Origin: Cupriavidus necator
GTDB lineage: Bacteria > Pseudomonadota > Gammaproteobacteria > Burkholderiales > Burkholderiaceae
Direction: 5' to 3'
DNA length: 32,000 nucleotides
Assembly: GCF_016127575.1 (NCBI RefSeq)
Contig: NZ_CP066018.1
Span: forward strand, 2,100,001-2,132,000
The notes under the pieces were generated by a model. The model searched no databases, had not been told where the DNA came from, and was given only the letters and a program-made list of their open reading frames with translations. Position 1 is the first letter of the stretch. Every line of letters starts with the position of its first letter. Shown here in pieces: positions 23,779 to 32,000 of this stretch. A program made the translations under genes and the position numbers.

Positions 23779-25902
23779 ATGAGAATAAAACTTCACCCGA
23801 TCTGTGCCGCGGTGGCGGGGAGCTTCGTATTTCAACCGGTGCTGACGTGGGCCCAGGCCGCGCCAGGCGCTTCGGCGCAGTTGCCTGAGGTCACGGTCAG
23901 GGCCGATGTCAGCCGCGAGCTTGGCACCGGCTATAACCCGCCCAATGCGGTCAGCGCGACCAAGACCGAGGCGCCGCTGCGCGACATCCCGCAGACCGTC
24001 AACGTGGTCACCGCCGATGTCATGCGCGACCAGCACGCCACTTCGATGCAGGATGCGCTGAAGAACGTGCCGGGCGTGTCGTTCTCGCACGGCGACGGCC
24101 AGCGCGACCAGGTGTCGATCCGCGGCTTTTCCGCCATCGCCGACCAGTTCGTCGACGGCATCCGCGACGATGCGCTGTACTTCCGCGACATGTCCAATGT
24201 CGACCGCGTCGAAGTCATCAAGGGTCCCGCGGCGGTGCTGTACGGGCGCGGCTCGTCGGGCGGCCTGATCAACCGCGTGACCAAGAAGCCGGGCATCGAC
24301 GTCACCGACTTCGCACTCAGCTACGGCATGTGGGCCGACCGCCGCGCCGAAGCCGACGTGGGCCGCGTGTTTGGCGACGGCGCCGCCGCCTTCCGCGTGA
24401 CCGGCGCGGTGGAGAAGGCCAACAGCTACCGCTCGCAGCAGTTCCTGGACCGCTCGGCGATCGCGCCGTCGCTGGAGCTGCGCATCGCTCCCGAAACCAC
24501 CGTGCTGTTCCAGGCAGACTACCTGGAAGACCGCCGCGTGACCGACTTCGGCATCCCGGCCTACAAGGGACGCCCGGTGGACGTGCCGGCCTCGCGCTAC
24601 TACGGCGCGGCCAACGCGCGCGATGCCGACTACTCGCAGTCGCGCGTGTTCTCCGGCACCGCCACGGTCAACCATCGCTTCAATGAGAACTGGTCGATCC
24701 GCAACGCTACGCGCTACTACCACTACTCGCTGGACCGCAACAACACGCTGACCAACACGGTGAACGAGGCGGCGCGCACCCTCACCATGAACCACGGCAA
24801 TGTCCGCCGCGAGGAACATGGCTGGTTCAACCAGACCGACCTGACCCAGAAGGCCACCTTCCTGGGCATGAAGCACGAGATCCTGTACGGCATGGAGATC
24901 GGCCAGCAGAACAAGGACCAGGTCAACAACACCAAGCCGGTGGTCGGCGCCAACGGCCTGCCGATCGCTTTCGACCTGTTCAACCCGGTGTTGGTGGCGC
25001 TGCCGCGCCAGGCACCCGGCACGCCGGGCACGTCGAACCTTGGCGTGTTCAATACCCTGGCGTTCTACACCCAGGACATGATCACCTTCAGCGAGCAGTG
25101 GAAGGCGCTGCTGGGCGTGCGCTACGACAACTTCCAGCAGGAGACGCAGACCCGCATCGCCGGCCAGCGCAACCTGTCGCGCACCGACACCGCCTGGAGC
25201 CCGCGCGCCGGTCTGGTGTGGCAGCCGTCGAAGTCGCAGTCGTACTACGTGTCCTGGAGCAAGTCGTTCCAGCCCTCCGGCGAGGCTTTCGCGCTGGCGG
25301 CCAACAATGCCGACCTGGCACCGGAGACCACCAACAACACCGAGGTGGGCGCAAAGTACGACTGGCTGAACGGCAAGGCGAGCACGACGATCTCGGTGTT
25401 CAGGCTGGAGCGCAGCAATATCAAGATCGCCAACGCCACCAACACGGCGCTGCTGCCGATCGGCGAACAGCGCACCGACGGCATCGAGATCTCCGGCGCG
25501 GCTGAACTCGGCGGCGGCTGGCGCATGCTGGCCGGCTACGCCTACCTGGATGCCACCGTCACCAAGTCCACCGCCGCGCTGCAGGGCAAGCGCGCCACCA
25601 TCACGCCGCGCCACTCCGGCAACGCGTGGCTGACCAAGGACCTGGGCCACGGCTTCGGCGTTGGCGCCGGCCTGAACCTGGTGGGCGCGCGCTATGCCGA
25701 CCCGCTGAACACCGTGACGCTGCCTGGCTATGTCACCGCCGATGCGATGGCCTGGTACCGCCGCGGCGCCTTCGAGGCACAGCTGAACCTGTACAACCTG
25801 TTCGACAAGGGCTACATCGTGTCCGCGCATGGCACCAGCCCCAACCTGAACATGCCGGGTGCCCCGCGCAGCGTGATGGCCACCCTGCGCTACCGGATGT
25901 AA
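23779..25902 (+). CDS. TonB-dependent siderophore receptor
   Basis: Signal peptide ending TWAQA. TonB-box/plug region LPEVTVRA...TKTEAPLRDIPQTVNVV, NVPGVSF and RVEVIKGPAAVLYGRGSSGGLINRVTKKP. Long beta-barrel ending with an aromatic C-terminus (ATLRYRM). Confidence 0.92.
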   Translation: MRIKLHPICAAVAGSFVFQPVLTWAQAAPGASAQLPEVTVRADVSRELGTGYNPPNAVSATKTEAPLRDIPQTVNVVTADVMRDQHATSMQDALKNVPGVSFSHGDGQRDQVSIRGFSAIADQFVDGIRDDALYFRDMSNVDRVEVIKGPAAVLYGRGSSGGLINRVTKKPGIDVTDFALSYGMWADRRAEADVGRVFGDGAAAFRVTGAVEKANSYRSQQFLDRSAIAPSLELRIAPETTVLFQADYLEDRRVTDFGIPAYKGRPVDVPASRYYGAANARDADYSQSRVFSGTATVNHRFNENWSIRNATRYYHYSLDRNNTLTNTVNEAARTLTMNHGNVRREEHGWFNQTDLTQKATFLGMKHEILYGMEIGQQNKDQVNNTKPVVGANGLPIAFDLFNPVLVALPRQAPGTPGTSNLGVFNTLAFYTQDMITFSEQWKALLGVRYDNFQQETQTRIAGQRNLSRTDTAWSPRAGLVWQPSKSQSYYVSWSKSFQPSGEAFALAANNADLAPETTNNTEVGAKYDWLNGKASTTISVFRLERSNIKIANATNTALLPIGEQRTDGIEISGAAELGGGWRMLAGYAYLDATVTKSTAALQGKRATITPRHSGNAWLTKDLGHGFGVGAGLNLVGARYADPLNTVTLPGYVTADAMAWYRRGAFEAQLNLYNLFDKGYIVSAHGTSPNLNMPGAPRSVMATLRYRM

Positions 25903-25919
25903 AGCGCAGCATCGTGGAC

Positions 25920-25958
25920 AAAAAAACCGGGCGGTGATGAACCGCCCGGTTTTTTTTC
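25920..25958. terminator. bidirectional rho-independent terminator
   Basis: AAAAAAA-CCGGGCGGT-GATGA-ACCGCCCGG-TTTTTTTT sits between the convergent receptor gene and the DUF2147 gene. Confidence 0.85.
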
Positions 25959-26037
25959 GACTGCCGTTTCTCGTTCGGCGGGGACACGCAACGGCATGCC
26001 CCGGAGAAACCCTGAGTCCCGCGCCGTGCCGGCAGGG

Positions 26038-26502
26038 TCAGTGGTCGCGTTCCCAGGTCTGGGTGCGGCCGATCAGGCTGATGCCGATGAAGCCGCGCAC
26101 GTTGAGCTTGTTGCCGTCCTCGGCCAGCGACATCTTGCTCTTGTAGACCTTGCCGTTCTCCGGATCGAGGATCTCGCCGCCGCTCCACTCGTTGTCGCCG
26201 GTCTTGCGCAGGCCGGAGAGGATGGTCATGCCGATGACGGGCTGGTCCTTGCGTGCGTCGGTGCACTTGTCGCACACGCGCGGCTTGCCGTCGCTCTCGA
26301 CGAAGGTCTTGACCAGGCGTCCGCTGAAGACGCCGTTCTTCTCGGTGATCTCCACCAGCCCGCGCGGCTTGCCGGTGTTGTCGTCGATGGTCTTCCACAT
26401 GCCGCTGGGCGTGGCCTGCGCCATCGCCGCGGCGCTGCCGAGCAGGGTTGCGGCGATCACGGCGGCGCGCAGGGTCGAAGCAAGGGGGGAATGGATGCGC
26501 AT
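26038..26502 (-). CDS. DUF2147 domain protein (secreted)
   Basis: ATG at 26502 behind AAAGGAGA. Signal ...AAAMA. GMWKTIDDNTGKPRGLVEI...NGVFSGRLVK, C.KC....KD.P..GM.IL, W.GGEILDPENGKVYKSKM and L.VRGFIG....GRTQTWER form the DUF2147 signature. Confidence 0.85.
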   Translation of the reverse strand: MRIHSPLASTLRAAVIAATLLGSAAAMAQATPSGMWKTIDDNTGKPRGLVEITEKNGVFSGRLVKTFVESDGKPRVCDKCTDARKDQPVIGMTILSGLRKTGDNEWSGGEILDPENGKVYKSKMSLAEDGNKLNVRGFIGISLIGRTQTWERDH

Positions 26503-28029
26503 GATGTCTCCTTTGAGGTTCGTAGCCACGCCAATCTACTGGCGCCGGGGGCGCGCCGCAATCCGGCGCGGCGCGGCGCGCGCCTTTCCGCGGCCATTGC
26601 CTGCTACCCGGAAAGCCGCATGCAGCCGCCGTTTGCGGGTTATTGTGATGCAGCAAAAGGCGCCGGCGGGCGGGCGCTGAAGCAATCCTCTAAGCGGACG
26701 TACGACGCGCTGCCGGCAGGGCGAGGCGAGTGGCGCGCAGAGTCGCGAGGGGGAGAGCGCGAACACGCGAGGCACGGCGCGCGCGATCCGGATCGCTCGG
26801 CAAGCGCGCGGATCGAACACGCATGCCGATGGCTTGATCGAAGCGTCTGCCGAAGTGTTGCCGCGATGCTTCGCCAGCGTCGCGGCTTGGCTCGATCGCA
26901 ACGCTTTGATGACCTCGCGATGCCTTCGCGCTGTTGCGTCGATGCAAACCGTTGCGTGCACGCATCACTCTTGGATGGTGTGTGCGACGGTGTCGCGCGA
27001 AGCGCGAAGCGAGCATGGCCGAGGCCTGGTCGCATAACGGCGCGTGCGTGCGCTGACGACTGTGTAAAGCATGCAGGGCGTGTGTCGCGCAGCGCGGCGC
27101 GCGCGCGATCAGGAACGTGTCCGCGCCAGTCGAAGGCTGCCGCACGCGTATCGGTGCATCGCCCGCAAAGCCTTTGTCCATGCGGCTTTTCGGAAAACGC
27201 GATGACGCGCGCAGCGGCATTGCGCAGTCGTCAGGCGCGCGTTGCGATGCTGGTCGTCCGGGTTTGTCGCGGCGTGTAAAAGCTGCGATGCGCGGTGCGT
27301 GCGATGGGGTGTCGCGCTGCATGTGCGAGCGTGCGAAACGAGCGTCGGCACCAGCGTGCGAGCGACGCGTTGCGATGCTATCGGCAACGTCTTCGTGACC
27401 CTGCGCGTGAGAACTAGTTCGAGCGATACATGCAGGCAAGTTTTTTTGCACTTTTTTCTTAACATCATCGTGCAAACGAATTATGATTCGCCTTGACAAG
27501 AGTCTCACTTCATTGCAGAGAAGCAGGAAGCAAGATGGAACGACGAGCGCGATGCGCGCTTCGATGCAGTGACGAAGGTAGTAGCTGAGGAGCACGAGAA
27601 CTTTGACGCAGACCAGGCCGGACCGGCTTCTTAAAACGCGTGCAGTCTCCCTTGGTCCATTAACGGGTTGGACCCGCTACCACCGAATGAATGCCGTCTG
27701 CCGTGCGCGAGGCCAAGCCCGCACCGCGGGCCAGCTGTCCGATATCTCCTCATTTCTGGCCGTGCGCCGGCTCAACGGGCGGTGCGGGCTGATCGAATAT
27801 TCCAGGGCGCGGCACGTGCCCGAGACCCGCTTGCGGGCTCGCTCCGGCCGCCAAGTCACCGCCAGGGGCGGTGCGCCTGCAACCAAATTCATTAGCGTGC
27901 AGCAGTGGTCGGGCCGCACGCCGATGAATCGCTCGCTCGACTGGGGCCGCGCTGCTGTAGTGCGCCTCGGGTCGGTCGGGTCGCCAACTTAGGTCATTCG
28001 ATATTCACTCTCTAGTGAAGGAGTTATCC

Positions 28030-28602
28030 ATGGCAACTGCTGCAAAGAAAAAGCCGGCGGCTAAGAAGGCCGCCAAGCCGGCCGCCAAGAAGGCTGCTGT
28101 GAAGAAGGTAGCCGCCAAGAAGGCAGCACCGGCCGCCAAGAAGGCACCGGCCAAGAAGGCCGCTGTGAAGAAGGTCGCCGCCAAGAAGGCCGCACCGGCC
28201 AAGAAGGCAGCCGCCAAGAAGGCCCCGGCCAAGAAGGCCGCGGTGAAGAAGGTAGCCGCCAAGAAGGTCGCGACCAAGAAGGTTGCAGCCAAGAAGGCTC
28301 CGGCCAAGAAGGCCGCGGTGAAGAAGGTAGCCGCCAAGAAGGTCGTGGCCAAGAAGGCTGTCGCCAAGAAGGCTCCGGCCAAGAAGGCTGCAGTGAAGAA
28401 GGTTGCTGCCAAGAAGGCTGCGCCGGCCAAGAAGGCTGCCGCCAAGAAGCCGGCTGCCAAGAAGGCTGCTGCCAAGAAGCCGGCTGCCAAGAAGGCTGCC
28501 GCCAAGCCTGCCGCGGCCCCTGCCGTTGCTCCCGCTTCGGCTGCCAAGACCGCGCTGAACCCGGCTGCTGCCTGGCCGTTCCCGACGGGCAACCGTCCGT
28601 AA
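28030..28602 (+). CDS. histone H1-like, Lys/Ala-rich nucleoid-associated protein (AKKA repeats)
   Basis: ATG at 28030 behind GAAGGAG. Almost the whole protein is made of (P)[13 protein letters not shown]-type repeats, with a short non-repetitive tail ([20 protein letters not shown]). Confidence 0.85.
   Translation: MATAAKKKPAAKKAAKPAAKKAAVKKVAAKKAAPAAKKAPAKKAAVKKVAAKKAAPAKKAAAKKAPAKKAAVKKVAAKKVATKKVAAKKAPAKKAAVKKVAAKKVVAKKAVAKKAPAKKAAVKKVAAKKAAPAKKAAAKKPAAKKAAAKKPAAKKAAAKPAAAPAVAPASAAKTALNPAAAWPFPTGNRP
28078..28449 (+). repeat. five tandem 69-78-nt (23-26-aa) coding repeats within the histone-like gene
   Basis: The units each begin [14 protein letters not shown]... (residues 22-44, 45-70, 71-95, 96-120 and 121-145, counted from the GTG at 28015). 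Nucleotide copies are near-identical apart from wobble positions. Confidence 0.8.
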
Positions 28603-28718
28603 GCTGCTTCGCCACGGAGTGGACCTTACACGTTCCGCAAGGAACCGCACCGGCACGCAGCGCGTGCCCGCATGACCGGATACTGCGTATCCGGTCCGCA
28701 AGACACCAGGTCTTGCCG

Positions 28719-28751
28719 ACCCGCCGATGGCATCCGCCCGGCGGGTTTTTT
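28719..28751 (+). terminator. rho-independent terminator of the histone-like gene
   Basis: ACCCGCCG ... CGGCGGGT stem followed by TTTTTT. It is preceded by two other perfect hairpins: GACCGGATAC-TGC-GTATCCGGTC at 28674-28696 and CAAGAC-N5-GTCTTG at 28699-28715. Confidence 0.65.
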
Positions 28752-28810
28752 CATGGGCGCGCGCCCGCGCGCGGAGCGGTCCGCCGCAATGTTACGGAAT
28801 TGCAAAGCCG

Positions 28811-28844
28811 AAAAAAAGCGCCGCGACCCTTGCAGGTGCGGCGC
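28811..28844 (-). terminator. rho-independent terminator of the slyB-like gene
   Basis: On the minus strand, a GCGCCGC-N13-GCGGCGC hairpin is followed by TTTTTTT (plus-strand A-run at 28811-28817). Confidence 0.65.
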
Positions 28845-28886
28845 GTTCTGCTGCGCCCTGGCGCGGCCCTGCGGGGCCGCGAGGGC

Positions 28887-29354
28887 TCAGTGCGTGACCC
28901 GGGTCACGCCGCCCGAGGACAGCAGCCGTACGCGTTCGCCAGGGCGGAAGGCTTCGTCGGCCTCCTGCGTGATCGCGCGCATCTCGCCGTTGTCCAGGCG
29001 CACGGTGATTTCCAGCCCGCGGCGCTGGTTGATCTTGTTCTCGGCCGCGCTGCCGGCAATGCCGCCGAGCACCGCACCAAGGATCCCGGCCGCCACCGCG
29101 CCGTTGCCGCCGCCGATGGTGCTGCCTGCGGCAATGCCGCCGATGGCACCGCCCGCGAGCGTGCCGGCACCGCTCTGGCCACCCTGGATGGTGACCTCGC
29201 GGATGCCTTCGACCACGCCGTAGCGCACGGTCTGTTCACGCTGCGCCTGGCCCGTGCCATAGACGCTGTTGGAGTTGGATTGGGTAGCGCAGCCGGCAAC
29301 CAGGGCGGTGACGGCAAGGACGGCAACGGCACCGCCACGTAGCTTGTTGTTCAT
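28887..29354 (-). CDS. slyB: glycine-zipper outer-membrane lipoprotein (SlyB/Pcp-like)
   Basis: Lipobox LVAGC. Glycine-zipper segment GAGTLAGGAIGGIAAGSTIGGGNGAVAAGILGAVLGGIAG, followed by the conserved tail G.EITVRLDNGE...ITQEAD..F..G.RVR. Confidence 0.8.
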   Translation of the reverse strand: MNNKLRGGAVAVLAVTALVAGCATQSNSNSVYGTGQAQREQTVRYGVVEGIREVTIQGGQSGAGTLAGGAIGGIAAGSTIGGGNGAVAAGILGAVLGGIAGSAAENKINQRRGLEITVRLDNGEMRAITQEADEAFRPGERVRLLSSGGVTRVTH

Positions 29355-29391
29355 GTCGTTTCCCGAGAAGAAGCCACGCGCTGGCCGCAGG

Positions 29392-30339
29392 TCAGGCGTA
29401 GCGGTACCCGAATGCAGACTGGAACCGGTTGCCGATTTCCTCGCGCGACAACCAGTGATTCTGCGGACCCTGTTGCGCGATCTTGACCGAACCCATCAGC
29501 GATGCCAGGCGGCCAGTCGTTTCCCAGTCTAATCCGTTTTCAATGCCGTAGAGCAGGCCGCCACGGAAGGCATCGCCACACCCGGTCGGGTCCACGATGC
29601 GCTCGGCCGCAACCGCCGGAATCGCGTACTGGCGACCATCGGCAAAGATGCTGGCGCCGCGCTCGCCGTGCGTGACGATGAAGGCACGAACCTTGGCGGC
29701 AACCTCGGCGCTGGTCCAGGCGGTGCGGGACAGCAGGACCTGCGCCTCGTAGTCATTGACTGTCACGTAACTGGCGAGTTCAACGAACTCGCGCAGGTCT
29801 TCCCCGTTGAACAGGGGCATGGCCTGACCCAGATCAAAGATGAACGGCACGCCGGCCTCGGCGAACTGGCGCGCGTGGTGCAGCATGCCCTCGCGGCTGT
29901 CGGGCGCGACGATGCCCAGGCCCGGCGCGCTGGCGCCGCCCAGCGCATCCTTGACGTGGTTCAGCTGCGACTGGCTCATTGCGCCAGGGTGGAAGGCGGT
30001 GATCTGGTTGTTGTCCAGGTCAGTGGTGATCATGGCCTGCGCCGTGAAGGTCTCCGGCAGCACGCGGATGTGGCCGGTGGGGATCTCCAGCTTGCGCAGG
30101 TAGTCCAGATAGGGTTCGGCATCGGCGCCGACGGTGGCCATCACCACGGGATCGCCGCCCAGCATCTTCAGCGTGTAGGCGATGTTGCCGGCGCAGCCGC
30201 CGAACTCGCGGCGCATGCCGGGCACCAGGAACGAGACGTTCAGCATGTGGATCTGGTCCGGCAGGATGTGTTCACGGAAGCGTCCATCGAACGTCATGAT
30301 GGTGTCGTAGGCGACGGAGCCGCAGATCAGGCTGGCCAT
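29392..30339 (-). CDS. PfkB family carbohydrate/nucleoside kinase (adenosine-kinase-like)
   Basis: GGCAGNIAY.L..LG, the length and layout, and the C-terminal anion-hole motif VDPTGCGDAFRGGLLYG. Confidence 0.88.
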   Translation of the reverse strand: MASLICGSVAYDTIMTFDGRFREHILPDQIHMLNVSFLVPGMRREFGGCAGNIAYTLKMLGGDPVVMATVGADAEPYLDYLRKLEIPTGHIRVLPETFTAQAMITTDLDNNQITAFHPGAMSQSQLNHVKDALGGASAPGLGIVAPDSREGMLHHARQFAEAGVPFIFDLGQAMPLFNGEDLREFVELASYVTVNDYEAQVLLSRTAWTSAEVAAKVRAFIVTHGERGASIFADGRQYAIPAVAAERIVDPTGCGDAFRGGLLYGIENGLDWETTGRLASLMGSVKIAQQGPQNHWLSREEIGNRFQSAFGYRYA

Positions 30340-30402
30340 GCTCTCTCCAGGTGTTGGGGTGATTGGTGGAATGGAGCCCTTGCGGGCAGTATCGGTCGGG
30401 CA

Positions 30403-30442
30403 GAAAACAAAAAGCGGCCGCCCCGGGATGCGGGCGGCCGCT
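30403..30442 (-). terminator. rho-independent terminator of tpx
   Basis: 11-bp stem AGCGGCCGCCC/GGGCGGCCGCT, followed on the minus strand by TTTTGTTTTC. An additional 13-bp perfect palindrome lies at 30445-30472, directly after the tpx stop. Confidence 0.75.
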
Positions 30443-30482
30443 GCCGCCCGGGAACCCGCGGGTTCCCGGGCGTGCCGCTGAT

Positions 30483-30983
30483 TTACTTCAGCGCGGCCAG
30501 GGCTGCGTCGTAGTCCGGCTCGGTCTTGATTTCCGGCACCAGCTGGCTGTACTTGACGGTGTCGTTCTCGTCGAGCACCACCACGGCACGTGCGGTCACG
30601 CCGGCCAGCGGGCCGGACTTGATGTCCACGCCGTAGTTGCCCTTGAACTCGGCGCCGCGCATGGTCGACAGCGGCACCACGTTGGCCAGGCCTTCAGCGG
30701 TGCAGAAGCGGCCCATGGCGAACGGCAGGTCGGCCGAGATCGTCAGCACCACGGTGTTGGCGAGGCCGCTGGCGGCTTCATTGAACTTGCGCGCGGAGGC
30801 CTGGCACACCGGGGTGTCCAGGCTCGGGACGATGTTCAGCACCTTGCGCTTGCCGGCGAAGTCAGCCAGCGTGACGTCCTTCAGGTCCTTGCCGACCAGC
30901 GAGAAGGCGGGGGCCTTGTCGCCGGCTTGCGGGAACTTGCCTGCGACTTCGATGGCGTTGCCGCCGAGGGTGACGTTGCTCAT
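30483..30983 (-). CDS. tpx: thiol peroxidase (atypical 2-Cys peroxiredoxin Tpx)
   Basis: [43 protein letters not shown] and ADLPFA..RFC.AEG are canonical Tpx motifs, with peroxidatic and resolving Cys present. Confidence 0.93.
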   Translation of the reverse strand: MSNVTLGGNAIEVAGKFPQAGDKAPAFSLVGKDLKDVTLADFAGKRKVLNIVPSLDTPVCQASARKFNEAASGLANTVVLTISADLPFAMGRFCTAEGLANVVPLSTMRGAEFKGNYGVDIKSGPLAGVTARAVVVLDENDTVKYSQLVPEIKTEPDYDAALAALK

Positions 30984-31082
30984 GTCTACTCCTTGTTGTC
31001 TGATGGATTTCCGGTTCGTGTCCGGAGCGGGGGGCGCGGCCTGCCGCCGGACTCGGATCCGGTCCGGCGGCGGGCCAGGGAT

Positions 31083-32000
31083 TCAGGGGTAAAAAATCAG
31101 CACGCGATAGTTGGCCGGCGCCTGCTGCGTCCGGAATCGTACCCGAACCGGCAGCTCCATGCCCGCGCGAAGACCCTGCGCGGCAAAGGCCTTTTGCGAC
31201 GGCTCCAGGTACTCCGCGGGTTGCAGCACGCGGCGCAGCAGCAGCTGGTCCTGCAGGTCGGTCATCACCAGCTCGATCGCGGGCAGGGCGGTGCTGGCGC
31301 GGCCCAGGTTGCGCAGCGTGACCGACAGCAGGTAGGTGTCGCCGTCTTCATCCTGGCGCTGCAGCTGCGAGGTCTCGATGCGCAGCGCATCGATGTCGCG
31401 CCATGGCGGCACGTCGCAGCCCAGCGGCGCGCAGGCGGCCTCGAGTGCCGGGCGCAGCATCGGGAACTGGCCGGCCAGCTGGCTGCGTGCCAGGTAGACC
31501 ACTTGCACGGCAGCGGCGATGGCAAGCACCACGGCGGCCACGCGCCAGGCGGAGCGGGGCACCGTCACGGGCTTGCGGGGCTGCCGTTCGCGCTCGCGCT
31601 CGCGCTCGCGCTCACGCGCGTGGCGCAGGAAGTCGGGGGCGAAGACCGGGCCGGCCGGTGCTTCGGTGCGTGCCCAGCGGCGCGTGGTCTGCTCGCGCGC
31701 GACGGCGCCGCCGGTGACGCTGGACGGCTGTCCGGTGTCGGGGGCGTTGTCGTCGTCGCCAACGGTGGGTGAGGTGGGCGCGGCAGGCGAGGTGGCAAGG
31801 CGGGCCGATGCCTCATCCGGCCATGCGGTCGGCTCGGACCCGGCATCGGCAGACGCCGCGCGCAGGAACTCGCTTGCGCTGGGGATGTTGGCAGCGGGTG
31901 CCACTGGCACGGGCTTGGCGTCAGCATCAGCCGGTTGCGGTGCTGCCGGTGCCGCCGCAGCGGCCGGGGAGGGGGGCGGTGCGGCCGGGGTATCGAGCGC
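31083..32000 (-). CDS. DUF3426 domain protein, 5'-partial (continues beyond the window)
   Basis: The minus-strand frame is open from 32000 with no stop. A Pro/Ala-rich linker is followed by a TM segment (WRVAAVVLAIAAAVQVVYL), then the C-terminal domain LSVTLRNLG...ALPAIELVMTDLQDQLLLRRVLQPAEY, typical of DUF3426. The N-terminal zinc-ribbon expected in this family would lie outside the window. Confidence 0.7.
   Translation of the reverse strand, partial: ALDTPAAPPPSPAAAAAPAAPQPADADAKPVPVAPAANIPSASEFLRAASADAGSEPTAWPDEASARLATSPAAPTSPTVGDDDNAPDTGQPSSVTGGAVAREQTTRRWARTEAPAGPVFAPDFLRHARERERERERERQPRKPVTVPRSAWRVAAVVLAIAAAVQVVYLARSQLAGQFPMLRPALEAACAPLGCDVPPWRDIDALRIETSQLQRQDEDGDTYLLSVTLRNLGRASTALPAIELVMTDLQDQLLLRRVLQPAEYLEPSQKAFAAQGLRAGMELPVRVRFRTQQAPANYRVLIFYP
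31588..31617. repeat. hexanucleotide microsatellite (TCGCGC)x4 plus one imperfect unit, coding for (RE)n
   Basis: Read directly. It encodes ARERERERERER in the DUF3426 protein linker. Confidence 0.85.

Noticed and set aside
23611-25830. 739-aa minus-strand ORF antisense to the TonB-dependent receptor
   Set aside because: It is a shadow ORF. The plus-strand product has an unmistakable plug and barrel motifs, while the antisense translation is low-complexity (R/A/G/V/H).
27493-27521. TTGACA hexamer as the promoter of a long leader for the histone-like gene
   Set aside because: No acceptable -10 hexamer lies 16-18 nt downstream (CAGAGA or GCAGAG), so it is not reported as a promoter feature.
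25996-27595. Long ORFs inside the 26.5-28 kb gap (25996..27279 plus, 427 aa; 26690..27595 minus, 301 aa; several others)
   Set aside because: They mutually overlap on both strands, give Arg/Ala/His/Ser-rich nonsense-like sequence, and have no RBS or family resemblance. The region is treated as non-coding (see finding), although a decayed gene cannot be excluded without a search.
28078-28449. Regular ~75-nt repeats that could be mistaken for a CRISPR-like array
   Set aside because: The repeats are contiguous with no spacers, stay in frame, and encode the AKKA protein. This is not a CRISPR array.
28005-28701. Three minus-strand ORFs (about 184-225 aa) antisense or out of frame to the histone-like gene, such as the FLAA-repeat 'membrane-like' protein
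   Set aside because: They are artefacts of the AAG/GCC repeat read in other frames. The plus-strand frame has a strong RBS, an ATG and a terminator.

Overview
This is a high-GC window, probably from a Cupriavidus/Ralstonia-type Burkholderiaceae chromosome. That is inferred from three Bug/TctC-family binding proteins, several LysR regulators and an AKKA-repeat histone-H1-like protein. About 30 genes are mostly ordinary metabolic or housekeeping: three LysR-controlled catabolic modules (Bug + CoA-transferase + enoyl-CoA hydratase; Bug + class II aldolase + TauD-like dioxygenase; tautomerase + GntP permease), rdgC, an aldo/keto reductase, a TonB-dependent siderophore receptor, DUF2147, a SlyB-like lipoprotein, a PfkB kinase, tpx and a partial DUF3426 gene. 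I found no rRNA, tRNA, CRISPR array, transposase or integrase.

The accessory-looking part is the left ~3.9 kb, which is visibly lower in GC. It carries an orphan T6SS-type cassette: a PAAR protein with a C-terminal extension, a small protein with a His-before-Cys (permuted papain-like) motif, and a putative exported immunity protein. Small membrane proteins and two apparently frameshifted ORFs flank it. This cassette is the best candidate for an undescribed effector/immunity pair.

Other points worth a second look:
- a HicA-like Cys-rich protein and HTH protein pair behind a perfect palindrome (9.9-10.75 kb)
- a tail-to-tail fusion of two truncated genes (10.9-11.5 kb)
- a ~1.5 kb gene-free, compositionally odd gap upstream of the histone-like gene (26.5-28.0 kb)
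- coding tandem repeats in the histone-like gene and in the DUF3426 gene

All family assignments come from reading the translated ORFs by eye. No searches were run.
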